Of a DNA stretch of 64,000 bases, positions 18,505 through 28,254 are shown in pieces. The position numbers and the translations under genes are program-made. The DNA is from Vicinamibacterales bacterium (GTDB lineage: Bacteria > Acidobacteriota > Vicinamibacteria > Vicinamibacterales > UBA8438), in contig CBDDJQ010000012.1 of the NCBI GenBank assembly GCA_965229825.1, forward strand, positions 364,067-428,066. The letters are read 5' to 3'. The notes under the pieces were generated by a model. It saw only the letters and a program-made list of their open reading frames with translations, did no database searches and was not told the DNA's origin. Within the stretch, counting starts at the first letter, position 1; each line of letters opens with the position of its first letter.

Positions 18505-19140
18505 CTACTCGGTCTCGACGGTGAACCGCACCGAAGCCAGGGTCTGCTCCCAGAGCAGGGCGAGGGTGCCGCCGGTGTCCGTCACGTCCAGAAACTGCCA
18601 CGAGAGCTGATCGAAGGAGTGATCGAGCGGTTCGACGGTCATCGGCGCCCGCACGACGTCCCGGTCCGGTGTGTACTCGTAGGCGCCCCACAGCCCGTCC
18701 CGGTTGTCGATGTCGTAGGTGAGCTGGGCCGGCCACCGCGAGATGACGAGTTCCCACGGGGTGGCCTGCAGGTCGATGAAGACGGTGTACTCGCCGGGCG
18801 GCACCGTCGTCGTCCCGAAGACCAGCGCCGTCTCGCTGATCAGGCGGGTGGTCTGGTCGGCCCCGGCTCGCCAGATGTCCGCTCCGTCGTTCAGAAACTC
18901 GCGATAGTCGTCCGGTCCGAAGATGTCCCGGCCCCGCCGGATGGGCCGGCCGTAGCGCACTTCGACCCAGCGGCCGCCGACGTTGCCGGCCCGGACGTCG
19001 TAGCGTCCGCCCACCTGGGTGGCCGACCGTCCGGCCGGACTCGCGAGACGGCGTTCCTGGGCGGAGGCCGCTCCCGCCGCGATGAGGCAGACGCCGGCCG
19101 CGGCCGGCAGGATTCGCCAGAGAGTCATGCGCCTTTTCAT
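18505..19140 (-). CDS. DUF2911-family secreted protein
   Basis: Start at ATG 19140 with a signal peptide. Strings VEVRYGRP, WRAGADQTT and PPGEYTVFI are typical of DUF2911. Confidence 0.7.
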   Translation of the reverse strand: MKRRMTLWRILPAAAGVCLIAAGAASAQERRLASPAGRSATQVGGRYDVRAGNVGGRWVEVRYGRPIRRGRDIFGPDDYREFLNDGADIWRAGADQTTRLISETALVFGTTTVPPGEYTVFIDLQATPWELVISRWPAQLTYDIDNRDGLWGAYEYTPDRDVVRAPMTVEPLDHSFDQLSWQFLDVTDTGGTLALLWEQTLASVRFTVETE

Positions 19141-19318
19141 GCGGCAAAGGATAACGCGGCGGGGTCTCACGCAGGTATAATCGCTTCCTTTGGTATTGCT
19201 CGTACCCGGCACGGGGTGCTTGATGTTCGCCGGTTGGGGCCGCTTCGGGCGGAATGTCCGTCCCCGCGGTCACGTCCCGTGCCCGCAACCCCGGCAACCA
19301 AGGTTCGGAGGGAATGGA

Positions 19319-21382
19319 ATGAGAGCACAGGCACAACGTCGCGGGTGGGCCCGACGCCTCGGGTGGATCACGCTGCTGGCGGTGACTCTGGCGGTCACCG
19401 GCGCGGTCGCCCAGGATCGCGGCTCACCCCACGGGGAATGGCGGTATCAGAGCGGCGATGCCTGGGGGACCCGGTTCTCACCGCTCGACCAGGTCAACGG
19501 TGAGAACTTCGAGGACCTCGAGGTGGCATGGGTCTGGCGCGGCGACAACTTCAGCCCGCACACCAACTACGCGTCGCGTTCGACGCCCAGCTACATCGAC
19601 GGCGTTCTCTACACCGTCGCCGGCTACCGGCGCACGGTGGTGGCCATCGACCCGATGAGCGGCGAGACGCTGTGGACGTACCGCGAGCCGCACACGACCC
19701 GCTGGGAGCAGTCGATGCGGTCCGCCTACGGCAAGGGCGTGGCCTATGCCGAGCTCGACGGCCAGGGAGTCATCTTCGTGGTCACGCCGGCGTTCTTCCT
19801 GCATGCGCTGGACGCCAAGAGTGGACAGCACATCGAGGGATTCGGGGCGCCGGTGGACGTACCCGGGTTCCCGGAGACCGGCGTCGTCGACCTGCTGGCC
19901 GGCTTGGGCCACCCCTACGACCCGGACAGCGGGCTCGACCCGGCGCTGGGCTACATCACCAGCTCGTCGCCCCCCATCGTCGTCAACGACACCATCGTCG
20001 TCGGCAACTCGCACGAGCAGGGCTACAGCCAGAGCCGCGTCGAGAACGTGCCGGGCGACATCCTCGGCTACGACGTGCGCAGCGGTCAGCTCAAGTGGAA
20101 GTTCAACGTCATTCCGCAGACCGAGAGCGAGTTGGGGTTCGACACGTGGGAGAACGACGCGTGGCAATGGACCGGAGACGTGTCGTCGTGGGCGCCGCTC
20201 TCCGCCGACCTCGAGCGGGGCATCGTCTACATTCCGACCAACGCGCCGACCATCGACTACTACGGCGGGTTCAGGCCGGGGGACAACCTGTTCGGCACGA
20301 GCACCATCGCCCTCGACGTCGAGACGGGTGAACGCGTCTGGCACTTCCAGACCGTGCATCATCCAATCTGGAACTACGACCTGCCCAACGTCCCGATCCT
20401 CGTGGACGTCACCGTCGACGGCGAAGAGGTGCCGATGGCCATCCAGACCACCAAGCAGGGTCTGACCTTCGCCTTCAACCGCGAGACCGGCGAGCCGGTC
20501 TGGCCGATCGAAGAGGTAGAGGTGCCGGAGTCGGTCGTGCCCGGCGAGCAGCTCTCGCCGACCCAGCCGATTCCGACGAGGCCCGCGCCGCTCGAGGCCC
20601 TCGGCCTGCCCGAGGAGAACGTCATCGACTTCACTCCCGAGCTGCGCGCCGAGGCGCTCGAGATCATGAGCAACTTCCAGATCGGCGGACCCTACATGCC
20701 GCCGCTGCCGGAAGGCCACAACGAGCCGGTCCAGGGGTGGATCGCCTGCTCGGGCGGGCTCAACATCACCAACCCGGCCGCGCTCGACCCGACCACCGGC
20801 ATCCTCTATCAGCCGTCGGGACCGCAGTGCTCGGGCCGGCTGGTGCAGCCGGGCACGAACACCGACGGCGATACCCACTCGTGCACGTCGTCCGAGGGCG
20901 ACTGCTGGACGACGGGCACGACGATATCCGACTGGGTGCAGGGCGGCGGAGTCGGCTGGGGCGGCCCGCAGGGTCTGCCGATGCACAAGCCTCCCTACAA
21001 CCGCATCACCGCCATCGACATGAACACCGGTGAGCATCTCTGGTGGCAGCCGGTGGGCGAGGCGCCCGAGCGGATGCAGCGGCATCCGGCGCTGCAGGGC
21101 GTCGACCTGACCGGGGTCGGCGGTGGCAGCCGGGCGGTGTCCATGGTGACCGGCAGCCTGCTGGTGACCACGCGGGGCATGAACGGGCCGGCCCTGCTCG
21201 ACGCGCGGGACAAGGCGACGGGCGAGATCGTCGGGTCCGTCGAGCTGCCGGCGCCGGGTCAGTACGGCATGATGACCTACGAGCATGAGGGCCAGCAGTA
21301 CATCGTCGTGCAGGTCGCGCAGGGCGGCAGCTTCCCCGCGTCGCTCGCGGCGCTGCGGCTGCCGGCCGGCGACGGTCACTGA
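19319..21382 (+). CDS. PQQ-dependent dehydrogenase (quinoprotein, 8-bladed propeller)
   Basis: ATG 19319 follows GGAGGGA, with a signal peptide. N-terminal GEWRYQSGDAWGTRFSPLDQVN, followed by repeated W-motif blades of the methanol/glucose dehydrogenase family. Confidence 0.85.
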   Translation: MRAQAQRRGWARRLGWITLLAVTLAVTGAVAQDRGSPHGEWRYQSGDAWGTRFSPLDQVNGENFEDLEVAWVWRGDNFSPHTNYASRSTPSYIDGVLYTVAGYRRTVVAIDPMSGETLWTYREPHTTRWEQSMRSAYGKGVAYAELDGQGVIFVVTPAFFLHALDAKSGQHIEGFGAPVDVPGFPETGVVDLLAGLGHPYDPDSGLDPALGYITSSSPPIVVNDTIVVGNSHEQGYSQSRVENVPGDILGYDVRSGQLKWKFNVIPQTESELGFDTWENDAWQWTGDVSSWAPLSADLERGIVYIPTNAPTIDYYGGFRPGDNLFGTSTIALDVETGERVWHFQTVHHPIWNYDLPNVPILVDVTVDGEEVPMAIQTTKQGLTFAFNRETGEPVWPIEEVEVPESVVPGEQLSPTQPIPTRPAPLEALGLPEENVIDFTPELRAEALEIMSNFQIGGPYMPPLPEGHNEPVQGWIACSGGLNITNPAALDPTTGILYQPSGPQCSGRLVQPGTNTDGDTHSCTSSEGDCWTTGTTISDWVQGGGVGWGGPQGLPMHKPPYNRITAIDMNTGEHLWWQPVGEAPERMQRHPALQGVDLTGVGGGSRAVSMVTGSLLVTTRGMNGPALLDARDKATGEIVGSVELPAPGQYGMMTYEHEGQQYIVVQVAQGGSFPASLAALRLPAGDGH

Positions 21383-21389
21383 TCCCGGC

Positions 21390-21416
21390 GTGCGGCGGTC
21401 ATGCAGGCCGCCGCAC
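21390..21416 (+). terminator. hairpin after the PQQ dehydrogenase gene (possible terminator)
   Basis: GTGCGGCGG-tcatgcagg-CCGCCGCAC begins 8 nt after the stop. No T tract. Confidence 0.3.
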
Positions 21417-21611
21417 GTCGCGGTGGTGCGCGACCGAGGCGCATCACTGCGGCGAGTCCGTGATGGACGGTTCGTCGACACTTGGGCGGGTCCGGGAACG
21501 TCCCCGGGCTCGCCTTCGTTTTCTCTGGCCGGCGATGGGCGGGCCGGCGTAGCCGGACATGATGCAGACGGCGGGCGCGCACGTCCCCATCCCGTGCGGC
21601 ATTGGAGGGTG

Positions 21612-22520
21612 ATGGTGGTCAAGGGCAGATTGGTCGTCGTCGTGATGGCCGGCGTGGTCCTCCTCGGCGCCGCCGCGACCGAGGCGCAGGAGCGCGGGCG
21701 CCGGCTGACCGCCGAGGAGATGTTCCGGCGCAACGTCGGGTCCCCCGAGGATCAGGTGAGGCCCTTTCCGCCGCACAAGATCGTCGGGAATCTGTACTAC
21801 GTCGGGACGCGCAGCCTCGCCTCCTTCCTGGTCGCGACGCCCGAGGGGCACGTCCTGATCAACACCAACTGGGAGCGGGCGGTCGATGGCTTGAAGTCGT
21901 CGGTCGAGGCGCTGGGCTTCGCCTTCGATGACATCCGGATCATCCTGGGGAGCCATGCGCATGCCGACCACATGGAAGGCGATGCGCTGGTGAAGCAGAT
22001 GAGCGGTGCTCGCGTGATGGCGATGGCCGGCGACGTGCCGGCCCTCGAGCGGATGCGTCCCGGCGGCAAGCCGCATCCGATCGACCGAGTGCTGCAGGAC
22101 GGGGCGACGGTCACGCTCGGCGGCACGACGTTGACGGCCCGCTTGACGCCGGGACACTCGCGCGGCTGCACTACCTGGACGATGCAGATCGAGGAGGGCG
22201 GCGAGCTGCACGACGTGGTGATCATCGGCAGCATGGGAAGCAACCCGAACTTCCGGTTCGTCGACAATCCCGACAATCCGACCATCGTCGAGCAATACCG
22301 ACAGGGTTTCCGGGTCTTGCGGTCACTCCGGCCGGATGTACCCCTGGGGTCGCACCCGGCGATGTATCGAATGGCCGAGAAGTACGCGCGTCTCGGCGAC
22401 GGCCCGAACCCGTTCATCGATCCTGACGGCTACTGGGAGGAGCTCGACGCCGTCGAGACGCTGTTCAACGAGGTGTTGGTCCGGCAGACCGCGGAGGCTG
22501 CGTCCGACCCGCGCCGATGA
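21612..22520 (+). CDS. subclass B3 metallo-beta-lactamase-fold hydrolase
   Basis: ATG 21612 follows GGAGGG, with a signal peptide. HAHADH (HxHxDH), TPGHSRGCTTW, and LGSHP (late His). Confidence 0.8.
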   Translation: MVVKGRLVVVVMAGVVLLGAAATEAQERGRRLTAEEMFRRNVGSPEDQVRPFPPHKIVGNLYYVGTRSLASFLVATPEGHVLINTNWERAVDGLKSSVEALGFAFDDIRIILGSHAHADHMEGDALVKQMSGARVMAMAGDVPALERMRPGGKPHPIDRVLQDGATVTLGGTTLTARLTPGHSRGCTTWTMQIEEGGELHDVVIIGSMGSNPNFRFVDNPDNPTIVEQYRQGFRVLRSLRPDVPLGSHPAMYRMAEKYARLGDGPNPFIDPDGYWEELDAVETLFNEVLVRQTAEAASDPRR

Positions 22521-22578
22521 CCGGCTGGGGGCGGTGCGACTCGGTCCGCGCGGAGCGCGAGCAGATGGGAGCCCATTC

Positions 22579-23460
22579 TTGAACGGTGACGGCAACTTGG
22601 CGGTCTTTTGCGATTTCGAGAACGTGGCCCTCGGGGTTCGCGATGCCGAGCTCAAGCGGTTCGACGTGCGGCCGGTGCTCGAACGGCTCCTGCTGAAGGG
22701 CAGCATCATCGCCAAGAAGGCGTACTGCGACTGGGATCGATACAAGGAGTTCAAGGCGCCGATGCACGAGGCGGCGTTCGAGCTCATCGAGATTCCGCAC
22801 GCGCGGCAGTCGGGCAAGAACTCGGCCGACATCCGCATGGTGGTCGATGCTCTCGACCTGTGCTACACGAAGGAGCACATCGATACGTTCGTCGTGATCT
22901 CCGGCGATTCCGACTTCTCCCCGCTGGTCAGCAAGCTGCGCGAGAACGCCAAATCGGTCATCGGGGTGGGGGTGAAGAACTCCACGTCGGATCTGCTCGT
23001 CAACAACTGCGACGAGTTCATCTTCTACGACGATCTGGTGGCGGAGGGCCAGCCCGCCCGCCGTCGATCCCGGGGCAAGTCGCGGTCGAAGACGACCGAC
23101 GGCAAGACGACCGACGGCAAGTCGACCGACGGCAAGTCGACCGACGGCAACACGACCGACGGAAAGCGGAAGAAGGCCGCCGCCGCGGCGCCCGCGAACA
23201 ACGATCCGGTACAGCAGGCGATCGACCTGGTGATCCAGACGGCCGAGGCGATCTACGCCGAGCGCGGAGATCGGGCGAAGCTGTGGGGGTCCATGATCAA
23301 GCAGACCCTCAAGCGGCGGCGTCCCGGATTCAACGAGTCGGCCTACGGCTTCGGGTCGTTCAACGATCTCCTCGAGGAGGCGCAGGCGCGCGGTCACCTC
23401 GAGCTCGACCTCGACGAGCGGTCCGGCGGCTACATCATCGGGAAGATCACGCGAGACTGA
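22579..23460 (+). CDS. NYN-domain / LOTUS (OST-HTH) domain protein
   Basis: A TTG at 22579 with GGGAG 7 nt upstream is the probable start. NYN core: LAVFCDFENV, KAYCDW, SGKNSADIRMVVDA, VISGDSDFSPLV. C-terminal OST-HTH-like region: LWGSMIKQTLKRRRPGFNESAYGFGSFNDLLEEA. Confidence 0.8.
   Translation: MNGDGNLAVFCDFENVALGVRDAELKRFDVRPVLERLLLKGSIIAKKAYCDWDRYKEFKAPMHEAAFELIEIPHARQSGKNSADIRMVVDALDLCYTKEHIDTFVVISGDSDFSPLVSKLRENAKSVIGVGVKNSTSDLLVNNCDEFIFYDDLVAEGQPARRRSRGKSRSKTTDGKTTDGKSTDGKSTDGNTTDGKRKKAAAAAPANNDPVQQAIDLVIQTAEAIYAERGDRAKLWGSMIKQTLKRRRPGFNESAYGFGSFNDLLEEAQARGHLELDLDERSGGYIIGKITRD
23092..23166 (+). repeat. 5 x 15-bp in-frame tandem repeat encoding (T/S)TDGK
   Basis: ACGACCGACGGCAAG repeated five times with minor variants, in the linker between the NYN and LOTUS domains. 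Confidence 0.9.
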
Positions 23461-23604
23461 TCACGCGGGCCGACTACCGCCACCATCGCGTGGTCCGGGC
23501 GGAGACGCATTCCCCTCAAGGCGGCGCCGGCGCTTCGGCACGGGCAACCGGACGTCTCTTACACCGCGCCGGCCAAGGGCGAGATACCTGCGCTCCCGCC
23601 GGGG

Positions 23605-25146
23605 TCACCCGGCCATCCGAAATCCCGCCAGCAGGTACAGGACCACCGCGAGTCCTGCCGCGGCCATGGCGTACGGGGCCTGGGTGCGCACATGCTCGAT
23701 GTGGTCGCTCCCGGCCGCCGCCGACGCGATCACGGTGGTATCGCTGATCGGCGAACAGTGGTCCCCGAACACGCCGCCGCCCAGCACCGCGCTGACGACC
23801 AGGGGCAGGGAGACCCCGGCGCCGTCGACCTGCATGGCTGCGGCGAGGGGCACGGCCAGCGGGATCATGATGGCGAAGGTGCCCCAGCTCGACCCCGTCG
23901 CGAACGCGATGACCCCGGAGGTCAGGAAGACGACCGGAGCGGCCAGCGCCGGCGTGAGCAACGGGGCGGCCCGGGCCGCGATGAACGGCCCCGTGCCCAG
24001 GGCCTCGCAGACGTCGCCGATGCCGAGGGCCAGCACCAGCAGGGTGGCGATCGGCAGCATCGATCCCGCCCCGCGCCATCCCGCAACCAGCAGCTCGCGG
24101 GGACGAACGGCGCCGGAGGCGGTCGCCGACACGCCCAGGACGCCGATGGCGGAGAGGACGCTCGCGAGCACCGCCGTCGATCCGGAGGCGTGCTCGAGGT
24201 AGTCCATCAGCGTGGGGGCAGCGATGCCCGCCGCGCGCACGCCGGCGATGCCGGTGGCGGCGATGCCCGCCAGGACCGTCCCCATCATCACCGCGAGCGG
24301 CACTGCGAGGTGCCGCGCCCGCCCCGATTCCGGCCGGTTGTCGGCGAGCCCTTCCGCCCCGCCGGGTGCCGCTTCGTACGAGGCCCCGCCGGCCGCCTCG
24401 CTGGGTGAATCCGCGTCAGGGGCCTCGTACGCCGGCGGCTCGGCCTCCCGGGCTCGGCGCTCGGCCCCCCGCATCGGTCCGATGTCGTACCCGGTCGCCG
24501 CCACCGCGAAGACCAGCAATACCGACAGTGCGGCGTAGAAGTTCAGGGGGACGGCGGCGAGGAAGACCCCCAGAGGTGTCCGGTCGCCCAGCCGGCCCAG
24601 CTCGGCCTGGGCCGCCAGCAGGGCGAGCACCACCGCGCCCCAGCTGTTGAGCGGGATGAGCATGCACACCGGGGCCGACGTGGCGTCGCAGATATACGCC
24701 AGCTTCTCGCGTGCGATGCGGTGCCGATCGAAGAGCGGCCGGGCCACCGTGCCCACGACGAGACAGGTGATCGTCGATTCGATGAACACCCCCAGCCCCA
24801 CCGCGGCCGCCATCATCCGGGCGCCGCGCCGGGTGTTCGACCAACGCCGTCGGCCGGCCCACCGCAGGAATCCGGCGACCCCGCCGCTCCGCTGGATCCA
24901 CTGGATGAGCACCCCCATGAGAATCGTGAACAGGACCACGCGGGCCTGGCCGGGATTCGTGAGGACGCTGCCGATGCCGCGCAGGGTGGCGGCGGTCGCG
25001 GGGAACAGCCGCCACCCCGTCAGGATGAGCCAGCCGACCCAGATGCCGGCGAGCAGCGAGGGCACCGCCCGCCGGCTGGCGATCGCCAAGCCGATGGCCA
25101 GCGCCGGCGGCAGGAGCGACAGCCACCCGAACGGGTTCAGGTCCAC
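23605..25146 (-). CDS. NhaC-family Na+/H+ antiporter-like membrane protein
   Basis: 513-aa polytopic protein with N-terminus FGWLSLLPPALAIGLAI and a family-like overall pattern. It carries an unusual Ala/Pro/Glu-rich cytoplasmic insertion in the middle. Confidence 0.7.
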   Translation of the reverse strand: MDLNPFGWLSLLPPALAIGLAIASRRAVPSLLAGIWVGWLILTGWRLFPATAATLRGIGSVLTNPGQARVVLFTILMGVLIQWIQRSGGVAGFLRWAGRRRWSNTRRGARMMAAAVGLGVFIESTITCLVVGTVARPLFDRHRIAREKLAYICDATSAPVCMLIPLNSWGAVVLALLAAQAELGRLGDRTPLGVFLAAVPLNFYAALSVLLVFAVAATGYDIGPMRGAERRAREAEPPAYEAPDADSPSEAAGGASYEAAPGGAEGLADNRPESGRARHLAVPLAVMMGTVLAGIAATGIAGVRAAGIAAPTLMDYLEHASGSTAVLASVLSAIGVLGVSATASGAVRPRELLVAGWRGAGSMLPIATLLVLALGIGDVCEALGTGPFIAARAAPLLTPALAAPVVFLTSGVIAFATGSSWGTFAIMIPLAVPLAAAMQVDGAGVSLPLVVSAVLGGGVFGDHCSPISDTTVIASAAAGSDHIEHVRTQAPYAMAAAGLAVVLYLLAGFRMAG

Positions 25147-25378
25147 GCGGGTTCATCGTATCAGGGGGTGACGGGGCCGGCCGCGGCCGGAGATTGGCCG
25201 GAACCCTTCGCGGATTCAGTAGAATGAAGCTCCGCTCGTCACCGGAGGTGGCGCATCTGATCTACGTGCTGACGGAAGAGGACGACGCCGCCCTGCTTCG
25301 GATCGAGCCGGTCGACGACGTTCCGGAAGAGAAGAGATGACGCGGCTTCTCCCAACGGGATGACGACAGGATCTGTCG

Positions 25379-27100
25379 ATGGATGACTACAAGCTCGCGA
25401 CGAACCGGCGGCACTTTCTGGGGGCGCTGTCGGCGGCCGGGCTCGGCTCGACGCTGCTGCCCGGCGCCCTCGTGGCGGTGGCCCAGGATGCGGACGTGGT
25501 CACGGTGGAGATGCTCGAGGCCGCGCAGCGGCTCGCCGGGCTGCAGTTCACCCCCGACGAGCTCCAGCGCCTGGCCGAGCGTCTGAACGGTCCCGGCGAC
25601 CGGCGGCGCGACTTCGAGTCGCTGCGGGCGGCAAACCTCGGGAACGCCCAGCAGCCGGCCATCGTGTTCAATCCGGTGCCGCCGGGGATGACCCTGCCCA
25701 CGGAACGCGGCCCGAACCGCCGCGAGCCGGTCACCGTCACCATGCCCGGCAGCGACGATGCGCTGGCCTTCCTCCCGGTCACCCACCTGGCGCGGCTGAT
25801 CGAGACGCGGCAGGTCAAGCCGTCGGAGCTGACCGAGCTCTATCTGGGGCGGCTGAAGCAGCACGATCCGACGCTGCACTGCGTGGTCAGCTACACCGAG
25901 GATCTGGCTCGTCGTCAGGCTCGGCAGGCCGACGAGGAGATTGCCGCGGGGACCTACCGGGGCCCGTTGCACGGGATTCCCTGGGGCGCCAAGGACCTGC
26001 TCGCGGTGCGGGGGACCCGGACCACCTGGGGCGCCTCGCCCTATCGGGAGCAGGTGATCGATACCGACGCCACCGTCTATCGCCGGCTCACCGATGCCGG
26101 CGCGATCCTGGTGGCCAAGCTGTCGATGGGCGCTCTGGCGTCCGGTGACCGCTGGTTCGGGGGCCGCACCCGCAACCCGTGGAACCCCGAGCAGGGGTCG
26201 AGCGGATCGTCGGCCGGTCCGGGGGCGGCGACGGCGGCCGGTCTGGTCGGCTTCTCGATCGGCACCGAGACCCGGGGGTCGATCATCTCGCCCTCGACCC
26301 GGAACGGGGTCACCGGCCTGCGGCCGACCTTCGGCAGGGTGAGCCGGCATGGGGCGATGGCCCTGAGCTGGACCATGGACAAGATCGGACCGATGTGCCG
26401 GTCGGCCGAGGACTGTGCACTCGTGTTCGCGGCTATCCAGGGGCCGGACGGGCGTGACAACACCCTGTTCGACGTGCCGTTCAACTGGGACGCGGCCAGC
26501 GACCTCACCGCCCTGCGGGTCGCCTATCTGCGCTCGGCGTTCGAAGACGACGATGCCGGGGAAGGCGAGAACACGCAGCGTGTTGCCGGCCGCCGGCAGA
26601 CGCTGGCCAACAACCGCGCCTCGCTCGACGTGATACGCGGTCTCGGGGTGCAGGTGGCGCCGCTCGACCTGCCCGACCTGCCGACCGGGGCGATCGGGTT
26701 CATTCTCGGCACCGAGGCGGCGGCGGCGTTCGACGTGCCGACGCTGAACGCCCAGCTCGACAGCATGCGGGACGAGCCCGAGCGCAGCCGGTGGCCGGAC
26801 AGCTTCCGGGCGTCGCGCTTCGTGCCGGCGATCGAGTATCTGCAGGCCAATCGCCTGCGCATGCGGATCATCGAAGACCTGCACGACGCGCTCGGCGACT
26901 TCGACCTCTTCGTCGGCAGCAATCTCGGGTTGACGAATCTGACCGGGCATCCCGAGATCAGCCTGCCCGGCGGGTTCCACGAGGGAACCCCGACCAGTCT
27001 GCGATTCACCGGCAAGCTGTTCGGCGAGCGGGAGATTCTGCGGTTGGCCCACGCGTTCCAGATGGCCACCGAACACCATCTGCAGCATCCGACGCTGTAG
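25379..27100 (+). CDS. amidase (amidase-signature family) with Tat signal
   Basis: NRRHFLGALSAAGLG twin-arginine signal. GPLHGIPWGAKDL and a GSSGSSAG Gly/Ser-rich signature. Confidence 0.88.
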   Translation: MDDYKLATNRRHFLGALSAAGLGSTLLPGALVAVAQDADVVTVEMLEAAQRLAGLQFTPDELQRLAERLNGPGDRRRDFESLRAANLGNAQQPAIVFNPVPPGMTLPTERGPNRREPVTVTMPGSDDALAFLPVTHLARLIETRQVKPSELTELYLGRLKQHDPTLHCVVSYTEDLARRQARQADEEIAAGTYRGPLHGIPWGAKDLLAVRGTRTTWGASPYREQVIDTDATVYRRLTDAGAILVAKLSMGALASGDRWFGGRTRNPWNPEQGSSGSSAGPGAATAAGLVGFSIGTETRGSIISPSTRNGVTGLRPTFGRVSRHGAMALSWTMDKIGPMCRSAEDCALVFAAIQGPDGRDNTLFDVPFNWDAASDLTALRVAYLRSAFEDDDAGEGENTQRVAGRRQTLANNRASLDVIRGLGVQVAPLDLPDLPTGAIGFILGTEAAAAFDVPTLNAQLDSMRDEPERSRWPDSFRASRFVPAIEYLQANRLRMRIIEDLHDALGDFDLFVGSNLGLTNLTGHPEISLPGGFHEGTPTSLRFTGKLFGEREILRLAHAFQMATEHHLQHPTL

Positions 27101-27332
27101 ACGCTCTCCGCCAACGTCCCGCCTGGCGCCGACCGCCGGTCCGATGCAGCGGCGGCTCTCGTTGCGGGCCGCCGGCATCGGAAGACCGCGGGGTGTGGAG
27201 CCGGCTCCGCCCCCCGCCGCCGGCCGTCCCGTCACGCAATTACACAACTATTACATCCATCGTGCGCGGCACCTGTTAGGCTGGCCTTCGGTCAGGGCAG
27301 TGGTGCCCCGACCGATTCTCCAAGGAGCTGCC

Positions 27333-28199
27333 GTGCCCACGAAGGAGATCGATTTCGCCAGCGGAGACAAGGTCAGTTGGGTGACCGCGTCCGCGTTCGC
27401 TATCTTCCACGTCCTGGCGGTAGTGGCGCTGTTTCATACGACCTGGCAGGCGGTGGTCGTGGCCGCGGTGTTGCACTGGATGTGCGTCGGTTGGGGCATC
27501 GGGTTGGGCTATCACCGGCTCCACACGCATCGTTCCTACAAGACGCCGAAGCTCGTCGAGTACTTCCTGGCGATCTGCGGCGCGTTGACCCTGCAGGGCG
27601 GGCCGGTGTTCTGGACCGCGTTGCATCGCATTCATCACCAGCATTCCGACAAGAACGGCGATCCGCATACGCCGCGCGACGGCAAGTGGTGGTCGCACAT
27701 GCTGTGGGTCTTCTTCGGCGAGGAACTGCACCATGATACCGCGGTCATGGGGAAGTACGCCCCCGATCTCGTGAAGGACCGGTTCTACCAGGTGCTCACG
27801 CGCTGGCACTGGGTGCCGTTGGTGGTCCTGGGGCTGGCCCTGCTCGCGGTCGGCGGCTTGTCCTGGCTGTTGTGGGGCGTGTTTCTCCGCGTCGTCGTCG
27901 GTCTCCACTGCACCTGGCTCGTCAACTCGGCGACCCATATCTGGGGCAGCCGCCGCTTCAATACCACCGACGACTCGAAGAACTCGTTCTGGGTGGCCCT
28001 CATCACCTTCGGGGAAGGCTGGCACAACAACCACCATGCCCACCCCCGGTCCGCCCGGCACGGCATGACCTGGTGGGAGGTCGACCTGAGCTGGATGCAG
28101 ATTCGCGTCATGCAATGGCTGGGGCTCGCCTGGGACGTGCAGGTTCCGAGCGCCGCCCAGATCGCCCAGAAGACCGTGCCCGTCGAGAGCGCCACCTAG
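27333..28199 (+). CDS. acyl-CoA/acyl-lipid delta-9-type fatty acid desaturase
   Basis: GTG 27333 follows AAGGAG. Three histidine boxes: HRLHTH, HRIHHQHSD, HNNHH. Confidence 0.9.
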   Translation: MPTKEIDFASGDKVSWVTASAFAIFHVLAVVALFHTTWQAVVVAAVLHWMCVGWGIGLGYHRLHTHRSYKTPKLVEYFLAICGALTLQGGPVFWTALHRIHHQHSDKNGDPHTPRDGKWWSHMLWVFFGEELHHDTAVMGKYAPDLVKDRFYQVLTRWHWVPLVVLGLALLAVGGLSWLLWGVFLRVVVGLHCTWLVNSATHIWGSRRFNTTDDSKNSFWVALITFGEGWHNNHHAHPRSARHGMTWWEVDLSWMQIRVMQWLGLAWDVQVPSAAQIAQKTVPVESAT

Positions 28200-28254
28200 C
28201 AGCAGGCCGACGGCGCGGATTGGTCGCGGAGGACGGGCCGGGGACGCTATCCTT

